This document shows, one piece after another, positions 56,905 through 64,000 of a stretch of 64,000 nucleotides of DNA. The number at the start of each line of letters is the position of its first letter. Within the stretch, counting starts at the first letter, position 1. A program made the translations under genes and the position numbers. The notes beneath the pieces are model-generated. The model saw only the letters and a program-made list of their open reading frames with translations, made no database searches and was not told the DNA's origin. Source of the stretch: an uncultured Candidatus Saccharibacteria bacterium (GTDB taxonomy: Bacteria > Patescibacteriota > WWE3 > UBA101185 > UBA10185); the NCBI GenBank assembly GCA_964643995.1, contig CAZXUJ010000001.1, positions 273,492-337,491 of the forward strand. Reading direction: 5' to 3'.

Positions 56905-58614
56905 ATGGGACAAATGTTCATTAAAAAAACACAAGACAAACCGGAAGTTAAAATAGTAAGTTTTAGCGGCCAAGAAGGTGCCACAGGCAACATGACCGTG
57001 TATGAATGCGGAGACGACATAATTGTTGTTGACGTGGGAATATCTTTCCCAGACGACACAATGCCCGGTGTTGATCTTGTGATACCAGACTTTACATACA
57101 TTCTAGAAAATAGACATAAAGTGAGAGCAATATTGGTCAGCCATGCTCATGAAGACCACTTAGGCGCAATACCATTCCTGTTGCGCGAACTAGATGGCGT
57201 ACCAATTTATGCATCAAAGATTGTTCAGGAGTTTCTAAAAAAAAGAATAATCGACAAAGCCTCGGAGGTAATTCTTAACAACACGAGTTTTCATTTGTTG
57301 GATGAGACTACAGCAGAAGAAACTCTCGGAAACTTTAAAATTTCAGCTTTTAACGTTAACCATTCGGTACCTAATGCATTGGGAATATCAATTAATACGC
57401 CACAGGGGCGCATTATTCATATGGCAGACTTTAAGATTGACTTTCATCCTGTTCTAGACAAACCAATTAACCTAGAAATCATAACCAGATACGGAAAAGA
57501 GGGGGTGCTGTGTTTACTCTCTGACTGCTTAGGTGCTGACACAAAAGGAAGCTCTGAACCTGAAAGCACCATGAACGACACTTTTGTAAACCTTTTCAAA
57601 GCAGCTGAAGGAAATCAGGTAATGGTTACATTGATTTCGTCTAACATTGCGAGAATAAAACAGATTATTGATGGGGCAATGAAAAACAACAGAAGGGTTG
57701 TATTGGGGGGAAGATCAATTGATGATTCAGTAGCAATTGGCAGAAGACTAGGATATCTAAACTACTCAGATGATGTGTTCGTATCAGAGAAGGATTGTAC
57801 CAAATATCCACAAGGTGACCTTGTTTATATAGTAGCTGGTGTTTTTGGACAGTCGGGTTCCACCGCAGACAGAATTGCAAACCGGGAACACAGATATATA
57901 ACGCTTGAAAAAGGATGTAGATTTATAGTCTCCGGCGAACCGGGGCCTCCAGGTGCAAGAATACCTATGGAGACTATGCGAGATAAATATGTTCTCGAGG
58001 GAGCTGAAGTTATATATCCGAAAATTTACGATAACCTACATATATCCGGACACGGGCATAAAGGGGATCTGGAAACTATAGCATCTCTCATAAAACCAAA
58101 GTACTTTATACCAATAGGTGGAAGTGTTTCACATATGAGAGCTTACACAAACATGGTAGCTGAAATTGGCTTCAAAAAGGAAAGTGTCTTCGAACTACTG
58201 GAAGGAGAAACTGTAATATTTTCTGAGCATGGTGCAAAACGAGGCCAAAGACTTGAAGTCAAAACAGTTCTAGTTGACGGTAAAAGGATCGGCGAGGTTG
58301 GAGCTATTGTGATAAAAGATCGCGAAACATTATCTACTGATGGAGTTTTTGTAATAGTCGTACCAGTATCCAAACAAGATAAAACTTCCCTCGGAGGGGT
58401 AGAAGTTATTACACGTGGCTTTATATACGTAAAAGAGTCAAAAGCGCTTATGGGAAGAGCAAAAGATCTAGCAAACAAAGTCATAGATAAATATCAAGGT
58501 GATATGTCAGACTGGGGATCTGTGCAAAACAAAGTAGAAAAAGAAATCGAAAAATTCCTATTCAAAGAGACCGGCAACAAGCCAATGGTAATCGTACACA
58601 GTATCACAGTGTAA
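56905..58614 (+). CDS. rnj: Ribonuclease J (metallo-beta-lactamase/beta-CASP RNase)
   Basis: VSHAHEDHLGAIPFLL (HxHxDH motif), beta-CASP region and a C-terminal domain; 569 aa. Confidence 0.95.
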   Translation: MGQMFIKKTQDKPEVKIVSFSGQEGATGNMTVYECGDDIIVVDVGISFPDDTMPGVDLVIPDFTYILENRHKVRAILVSHAHEDHLGAIPFLLRELDGVPIYASKIVQEFLKKRIIDKASEVILNNTSFHLLDETTAEETLGNFKISAFNVNHSVPNALGISINTPQGRIIHMADFKIDFHPVLDKPINLEIITRYGKEGVLCLLSDCLGADTKGSSEPESTMNDTFVNLFKAAEGNQVMVTLISSNIARIKQIIDGAMKNNRRVVLGGRSIDDSVAIGRRLGYLNYSDDVFVSEKDCTKYPQGDLVYIVAGVFGQSGSTADRIANREHRYITLEKGCRFIVSGEPGPPGARIPMETMRDKYVLEGAEVIYPKIYDNLHISGHGHKGDLETIASLIKPKYFIPIGGSVSHMRAYTNMVAEIGFKKESVFELLEGETVIFSEHGAKRGQRLEVKTVLVDGKRIGEVGAIVIKDRETLSTDGVFVIVVPVSKQDKTSLGGVEVITRGFIYVKESKALMGRAKDLANKVIDKYQGDMSDWGSVQNKVEKEIEKFLFKETGNKPMVIVHSITV

Positions 58615-58631
58615 GTTACTAAGCGGTAAAA

Positions 58632-60821
58632 ATGGCAAAAAGAGGTAGAAGAAAAAAATTTAGAGTCCCGCTAAATATTCGACCAGAAACTATCAGATCT
58701 GCAATTGCGATATTTCTGATGTTACTTGCTGGAGTAATAATTATTTCTTCAATTTTAGGTGAATATGCTGGTAACTTTATACTCCAAGAAGTTTTAAGAA
58801 CCGTATTCGGATATTCTCAAATACTTCTCGCCCCGGTACTTTTTATAAGCGGCTTAGTTCTTATAGGCTCAATAAAATGGCAATTTGCAGACTTACGGGT
58901 GTTGTTTGGGTTTGCATGCTTACTAGTAGGAGGCAGCGGATTAATGCATTCGTTTTATTCTGGTGACAATGCCTTGGAGGCAGCAAAAAACGGCACTGGC
59001 GGAGGATACCTAGGGTATTTTATCTCGGAAACGCTCAGCAATCTTATCAGTATTTACGGAGCTATTTTAGTTTTCCTAGCATTGATAATATTGGCACTTG
59101 TTCTAATGTTTGATAAATCTCTCGATGAGTTGGTAGCAACCTTTAAAATTTTTTCTCTGCCAGAACGACTCAAGAGACTTTCGCGTATGAAAGAACAAAC
59201 CGAACTGGAATCTGAAGATATGTTTGGAACCGAGGAAGAACCACAACTAGAGGAATCAAAACCTGAAGAGAAAAAACCCGAGTTCGAAATCATACCTAAC
59301 CTGGCAGAACCTACTGAAGAGGATGCTATAGTAAGCATTGAAAGCGCAAGAAATGAAGCAGTTTCAACGCTGGTTCCAACACTCCCCTACTCTGATAAGG
59401 TTTACGAACTTCCACCTTTGGACTTGTTAGATGATCCTCCAAACACCCCAATTGATAGAGGTGACGTTAATGACAGAAAGAAAATTATCGAAGACACTTT
59501 AAGATCTTTTGGTATTGGGGTTACAGTAAAAGACATGAAATTTGGACCTACAGTCACCCAATATGCCCTTGAGGCAGAGGCAGGAACAAAAATTGCTAAA
59601 ATATCAAACTTACAATACGACCTCGCACTGGCACTAGCCTCCCCAACAGGATCGGTGAGGATTGAGGCACCTATACCTGGGAGATCATTAGTCGGCATTG
59701 AAGTTCCTAACAACAGCCGAGCTGTCGTCAATTTCAAGGAAGTTTTAGTTTCCGAGGCTATGAAAACAAGCAAGTCCAGATTAGCACTCGTATTGGGCAA
59801 AGATGTGGGAGGTAGAACACTTGTTTATGATATTGGCAAGATGCCGCACTTACTTATCGCAGGCGCTACCGGCTCTGGTAAGTCAGTTTTCATACACAAT
59901 CTTATGTTTTCGATTCTATATCGTGCAACACCACAGGAATGTAAATTTATACTTATCGACCCAAAAAGGGTAGAACTAAAACATTATGATGGGATCCCAC
60001 ACTTGTTATCACCTGTTGTTACAGACATAGACAAAGCACCTAGTGTATTCAAATGGGCTGTACAGGAAATGGAAAGAAGATACAAATTGCTTGAGGCAGC
60101 AAAAGTAAGAAACATCTCGGATTATAATAAAAAGTCCGGATTCCAGGCATTACCATATATTTTAGTAATTGTTGATGAACTGGCGGAAATAATGGTGACT
60201 GATCCAGCAGCTGTTGAAAAAAGTATTATACGGTTGGCACAACTAGCTAGAGCTGTAGGTATTCATCTTATTTTGGCACTGCAAAGACCCACCACCAACA
60301 TAATCACTGGCCTTATCAAAGCGAATATACCTTGCCGTATAGCATTTAATGTTACAAGTGGTACAGACTCCAGAGTTATTTTGGACCAGGTCGGTGCTGA
60401 AAAACTTTTAGGTATGGGTGACATGCTGTTTGTACCACCTGACGACTCCAAGCCAGTAAGAATACAGGGGGCATATGTGAATGATAAGGAGATCGCACGT
60501 ACTGTAGACTTTTTAAAGAAAACAGGAATAGAACCTGATTTTACGGAAGAAATATTCAAAGTTGAGGATACTGCGAAAAGTATCTCCGTAGGAGGGGATG
60601 GGGTTGATGATTTATTTGACGAGGCTGTAGAAATTGTACAAGCCGAAGGTAAAGCCTCTGCATCGTTGCTCCAAAGGCGATTGTCGATTGGATACTCGCG
60701 AGCCGCCAGAATCATTGACGAGATGGAGGCAAAAGGAATAGTTGGACCTCAAAAGGGAAGTAAACCAAGAGAGATAGTACACCGAGGTACAACTCTGGAC
60801 GAAATAGGGAGTGATTTTTAA
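58632..60821 (+). CDS. ftsK: DNA translocase FtsK/SpoIIIE
   Basis: N-terminal 4-TM domain, linker, motor with Walker A AGATGSGKSV and Walker B ILVIVDELAE, and a C-terminal winged-helix gamma domain (LLQRRLSIGYSRAARIIDEME). Confidence 0.95.
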   Translation: MAKRGRRKKFRVPLNIRPETIRSAIAIFLMLLAGVIIISSILGEYAGNFILQEVLRTVFGYSQILLAPVLFISGLVLIGSIKWQFADLRVLFGFACLLVGGSGLMHSFYSGDNALEAAKNGTGGGYLGYFISETLSNLISIYGAILVFLALIILALVLMFDKSLDELVATFKIFSLPERLKRLSRMKEQTELESEDMFGTEEEPQLEESKPEEKKPEFEIIPNLAEPTEEDAIVSIESARNEAVSTLVPTLPYSDKVYELPPLDLLDDPPNTPIDRGDVNDRKKIIEDTLRSFGIGVTVKDMKFGPTVTQYALEAEAGTKIAKISNLQYDLALALASPTGSVRIEAPIPGRSLVGIEVPNNSRAVVNFKEVLVSEAMKTSKSRLALVLGKDVGGRTLVYDIGKMPHLLIAGATGSGKSVFIHNLMFSILYRATPQECKFILIDPKRVELKHYDGIPHLLSPVVTDIDKAPSVFKWAVQEMERRYKLLEAAKVRNISDYNKKSGFQALPYILVIVDELAEIMVTDPAAVEKSIIRLAQLARAVGIHLILALQRPTTNIITGLIKANIPCRIAFNVTSGTDSRVILDQVGAEKLLGMGDMLFVPPDDSKPVRIQGAYVNDKEIARTVDFLKKTGIEPDFTEEIFKVEDTAKSISVGGDGVDDLFDEAVEIVQAEGKASASLLQRRLSIGYSRAARIIDEMEAKGIVGPQKGSKPREIVHRGTTLDEIGSDF

Positions 60822-61091
60822 GGAAAAGGTTTATGACAGAAAAAATTGTTACACTGCTTGAACAAGAGGCTAAACTAACTAATAGAGAAAAGCTGGTACA
60901 CTAGAAAATAATGAGGTTTATCAACCAATCATTGATGCAGCAAAAGCTACTGCAAAAACACTTTCTACAGAACAGGAGCTTGATCATAGAGTAGCAGGTA
61001 GACTTATTACCTTAATAGATAGTAAAGTTATATATGATTCTTCGGACGAGAATTAATGTTATAGTTATTCTGTGATGAAAGGAACTGCCCA

Positions 61092-61364
61092 ATGGACGTA
61101 CAATTATTTTTAGTAATAATACTTTCGGTTTTAACTTTTTCAATCGTGATTGTTTGCGTTTACGTTATTGTAATTCTCAAAGAATTCAAAAATACAATCA
61201 GCAAGTTTAATAGTACCATTGATAGTGTACAAAGTATTAAGGACAACCTTCTAAGCACTTCAAGTATTTTAGGTATGATCGGGACAATATTCGAAACTAT
61301 CAAGTCGGTAAGATCCATAAGAACTATCGCAGATTACGAAGATGATGACGACCAAGAAAACTGA
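61092..61364 (+). CDS. Small membrane protein (DUF948-like)
   Basis: One N-terminal TM followed by repeated polar helical segments and an acidic tail; 90 aa. Its C-terminus overlaps the next gene by 23 nt (61342-61364). Confidence 0.4.
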   Translation: MDVQLFLVIILSVLTFSIVIVCVYVIVILKEFKNTISKFNSTIDSVQSIKDNLLSTSSILGMIGTIFETIKSVRSIRTIADYEDDDDQEN

Positions 61365-61668
61365 AATGTCGGAAAAAAACACTAGTACATTTACTCATGG
61401 AATGCTCTTGGGCACTGTTATAGGTGTAACTATAGGAGTTTTTCTTTTTCCCCCACAAGGTAGCACAAACAGAAAAAAACTAAAAAAGATCAAAGACAAA
61501 GCAAGTGAAAAGTTAGCAGAAGTTAAGCCAAACGTAGACGAGGTTGAAAAGATAGTAGCCAATCAAATAACAAATTTGACAGCTTTTGCACTAGATAACA
61601 TTGATAAGAGAAAGAAAAAGGACAATAAGAACGCTGCTAAACGGAATTTCTTCAAAGCATCCTTTTAA
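61342..61668 (+). CDS. YtxH-like membrane/stress protein
   Basis: GMLLGTVIGVTIGVFLFPPQGSTNRKKLK resembles the YtxH N-terminal GxxxGxxxG-APKSGKE motif; basic coiled C-terminus. Confidence 0.45.
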   Translation: MMTTKKTEMSEKNTSTFTHGMLLGTVIGVTIGVFLFPPQGSTNRKKLKKIKDKASEKLAEVKPNVDEVEKIVANQITNLTAFALDNIDKRKKKDNKNAAKRNFFKASF

Positions 61669-61684
61669 GTGCTAAAATTTTAGT

Positions 61685-62149
61685 ATGGATATTCAAGACA
61701 ACAATCAAACGGGTATTCCTGCTTCACAGCAAGATGATAGCGCTCAAGATGACACACGCCACCTACAGCCAGATGTCCCTGGGTCCGCAGAAGGTACAAT
61801 ATTTCTAAAATCGCCCGAGCTTCAAAACATCAAAATAGAAAAATACGCAGAAGCCACACCAACCCCTGAAGTACCCCCTCAAGAAAGTATGCCAATGCCA
61901 GAGGTATTAAAAGCACCTGAAGTAGAAGTGCAAAAAGTGGAGACTATTGCTCCAGAACCTATACCAACCCAACCAACACCACCGATGGTTACATCTATCG
62001 TAGAAGAACCCAAAAACACTGTTGATCTAAGAACTAGCCACGAACCACTACACAACGTACCCAAACTTGCAGACAAATACACAGTTAAAGCTGACGAAGA
62101 TGAGAGTCTATTTATAAATGAGGTAGAAAAACAACATGAGCATCAATGA
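61685..62149 (+). CDS. Hypothetical Pro/Glu-rich protein
   Basis: 154-aa ORF rich in Pro/Glu/Val repeats (PEVPPQESMPMPEVLKAPEVEVQKVETIAPEPIPTQPTPP). Confidence 0.4.
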   Translation: MDIQDNNQTGIPASQQDDSAQDDTRHLQPDVPGSAEGTIFLKSPELQNIKIEKYAEATPTPEVPPQESMPMPEVLKAPEVEVQKVETIAPEPIPTQPTPPMVTSIVEEPKNTVDLRTSHEPLHNVPKLADKYTVKADEDESLFINEVEKQHEHQ

Positions 62150-64000
62150 AGTACTGTTCAATCTCTTTTTTATAACCCTATATATAGTCATATTAATTGG
62201 TTTTTTCTGGGGAATAATAAGCTGGCTTGTAAACTGGAAGCGCAAGAAAAATCTAGCTAAAACACAGTATAAACTCACGTTTTTGCAAATAAAAATGCCA
62301 CAACAAGATGAAAGTGAAATCGAAGCAATGGAACATCTACTTTCAAGTTTATCGGGACTACGAAAGTCTTCTTTTTCAGCATTCCTGTCAGAACAGAACC
62401 GAATTTCATTTGAGATTGTCTCAAAAAGCAGCGGAATAGGATTTTATGTTGTAGTTCCGGACGATTTGCTTAATTATCTAGAAAAACAGATAAACAGTGC
62501 CTACCCTAATGCTGAAATAGACATTATCGATCCAAACGAAATTTGGGATCGTGGGGCGTTTACAGCAATAACTGAACTTAAGACCACTGGGGAAACATTT
62601 TTTCCAATAAACACCTACGAGGATTTAGGTAAATCTGATCCACTGAGCGGTATAACTTCTGCCTTAAGCAAACTAAGAGACGACGATGTAATAGCAATAC
62701 AATTTTTGGTATCTCCTGCAGGAATGGGATGGCAATCAGCTGGCAGGAGTTTTGTTTCAAGACTTAAAGTGAAAAGCTCAAATCAAGAATCTGGTCACAT
62801 AGTTGATACATCAATGTCCGAGGGTGTTGAAAAGAAAATAACTAAGCCAGGATTTGAAATAAAAATTAGAATCGTATCAATCTCAAAAAACACGCAAGAG
62901 GCTTATGGTCACCTAGAAAACGTAGTAAATGCATTTGAACAGTTTTCAAATGTTAAATATGCAAGATTCCGACGAGTAAATCCGATGAGAATAGGGTGTA
63001 CCATCGACGATTTTATATACCGTCGAATGAGACCAAAAAACTTCACAATTCCATTGTTTAATATAACTCTATACAGAAACACATCCACTCTTAACACACA
63101 AGAACTTGCTACGATAATTCATTTTCCAGGACAAAACATAAAAACTCCTAATATAATCTGGTTGCAGGCACGTAAAGCTGCAGCACCTACTAATGTTCCA
63201 AAGGAAGGACTATACCTTGGCGAGAACGTGTTTAGGGGTGTAACAACAAAAGTTCACATGAAACCTTCAGATAGAAACCGCCACTTTTATATTATTGGCC
63301 AGACAGGTACGGGTAAATCTGTCTTTATGAGCTCTTTAGCATTGCAAGACATATACAACGGACATGGCTTGGCATATATAGATCCGCACGGTACTGAAAT
63401 AGATAAGCTACTTGAGGAAATGCCAGAGCATCGAATGCAAGACGTAATATTGTTTGATCCTTCGGATACTGAGAGACCAATGGGTATAAATGTACTAGAT
63501 GCAGGGGACGAAGGGGAAAGAAATATGGCCGTAAACGCCTTCATAGCTCTATTATACAAGTTATATGACCCTAATCACTCCGGCATAATAGGACCGCAAT
63601 TGGAGAGAACTGTAAGAAATATGATGTTAACAGCAATGTATGATTCCGAGAGTACGTTAGTAGATGTTATGAGGTTAGTTATAGATGCAAATTATTCGAA
63701 AAAATATCTGCCGTTAATTACAGACCCACTAGTAATGAAGTATTGGACTGATGAGGTTGCAAAAACCAGTGACTTTCATAAGAGCGAGAAAATGGGTTAT
63801 TTCGTATCTAAATTCGACCGGTTTGTAACTGAGAAAATGATGCGAAATATTATTGGACAACCAAAATCAGCAATAGACTTTCAAAAGATTATGGCCGAAA
63901 GAAAGATACTTTTAGTTAATTTATCAAAAGGTAAAATTGGCGAAGAAAATTCAACATTCTTGGGGCTATTACTGGTACCTAAGCTGTTGCAAGCTGCACT
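62136..64000 (+). CDS. Type IV secretion coupling protein (VirD4/TraD/TrwB-like), 5' partial; it continues beyond the window end
   Basis: I translated this by eye; it is not in the ORF track because no stop falls inside the window. It has an N-terminal TM (LFNLFFITLYIVILIGFFWGIISWLV), Walker A RHFYIIGQTGTGKSV, then AYIDPHGTEIDKLL and DVILFDPSDTERPMGINVLD. These match the TrwB blocks GATGTGKS / VIVDPNGD / DIILNPYDQRTKGWSFFNE. Confidence 0.7.
   Translation, partial: MSINEVLFNLFFITLYIVILIGFFWGIISWLVNWKRKKNLAKTQYKLTFLQIKMPQQDESEIEAMEHLLSSLSGLRKSSFSAFLSEQNRISFEIVSKSSGIGFYVVVPDDLLNYLEKQINSAYPNAEIDIIDPNEIWDRGAFTAITELKTTGETFFPINTYEDLGKSDPLSGITSALSKLRDDDVIAIQFLVSPAGMGWQSAGRSFVSRLKVKSSNQESGHIVDTSMSEGVEKKITKPGFEIKIRIVSISKNTQEAYGHLENVVNAFEQFSNVKYARFRRVNPMRIGCTIDDFIYRRMRPKNFTIPLFNITLYRNTSTLNTQELATIIHFPGQNIKTPNIIWLQARKAAAPTNVPKEGLYLGENVFRGVTTKVHMKPSDRNRHFYIIGQTGTGKSVFMSSLALQDIYNGHGLAYIDPHGTEIDKLLEEMPEHRMQDVILFDPSDTERPMGINVLDAGDEGERNMAVNAFIALLYKLYDPNHSGIIGPQLERTVRNMMLTAMYDSESTLVDVMRLVIDANYSKKYLPLITDPLVMKYWTDEVAKTSDFHKSEKMGYFVSKFDRFVTEKMMRNIIGQPKSAIDFQKIMAERKILLVNLSKGKIGEENSTFLGLLLVPKLLQAA

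Noticed and set aside
60822-61091. Short ORFs in the ftsK-downstream spacer (for example MTEKIVTLLEQEAKLTNREKLVH, 23 aa)
   Set aside because: They have no RBS and no hydrophobic or otherwise distinctive composition. A longer protein-like frame in the same region has no start codon. This is probably non-coding or a fully decayed remnant.
1-64000. Alternative genetic code (UGA or other stop reassignment, as in some CPR lineages) as the explanation for the three in-frame stops at 17803, 39191 and 39606
   Set aside because: The three stops are TAG, TGA and TAA, one of each. More than 50 long housekeeping ORFs (rpoB, rpoC, secA, fusA, pnp and others) are intact under the standard code, and many genes terminate with each stop codon. 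Pseudogenisation or local error is the more economical explanation.
1-64000. CRISPR arrays, rRNA and tRNA genes
   Set aside because: No regularly spaced direct repeats are visible. Intergenic regions are short (mostly under 200 bp), and none of the longer ones (5815-6012, 26073-26462, 29620-29884, 39045-40337, 41166-41680, 60822-61091) shows a tRNA cloverleaf with a GTTCRA T-loop or rRNA-like conserved blocks by eye. No covariance search could be run.

Overview
This is a low-GC bacterial chromosome segment in the standard genetic code (long genes such as rpoB and rpoC are intact; GC of roughly 35-40% is a visual estimate). Several housekeeping proteins are unusually compact (L3 144 aa, PGK 322 aa, TIM 215 aa, HrcA 241 aa, IF2 497 aa), which points to a reduced-genome lineage such as CPR/Patescibacteria or a similar symbiont.

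Gene content in order:
- 1-16 kb: the canonical minus-strand ribosomal cluster rpoB-rpoC-rpsL-rpsG-fusA-tuf-rpsJ-rplC-rplD-rplW-rplB-rpsS-rplV-rpsC-rplP-rpmC. lepB sits directly upstream of rpoB in place of rplKAJL.
- 16-21 kb: a HAD hydrolase, then a GC-richer 3.3-kb block holding a 118-aa acidic ORF, a single in-frame TAG and a 910-aa orphan protein.
- 21-30 kb: secA, uppP, a speE-like gene, serS with a long structured leader, an NrnA-like DHH protein, and a lysyl-tRNA synthetase carrying a C-terminal HD domain.
- 30-39 kb: a pgk-ferredoxin-truncated-AOR-tpiA operon, an LCP protein, a holA-like gene, a sortase/LPXTG-like surface locus, rpsT and murJ.
- 39-41.7 kb: a decayed accessory islet with TGA- and TAA-interrupted small genes (one a PLD/HKD nuclease), a strongly signalled 46-aa hydrophobic peptide gene, a ~1-kb IS with 13-bp terminal inverted repeats, and gene fragments.
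- 41.7-64 kb: lepA, hrcA-grpE-dnaK, a gene frameshifted at a T9 tract, dnaJ, a GC-richer orphan, nusA-infB, a degenerate DHH-like protein, rpsO-pnp, a Lon-like AAA+ protein without a protease domain, UDG4, RNase J, ftsK, a DUF948/YtxH pair and the start of a VirD4/TrwB-like type IV coupling protein that runs off the window.

I saw no rRNA, tRNA or CRISPR array.
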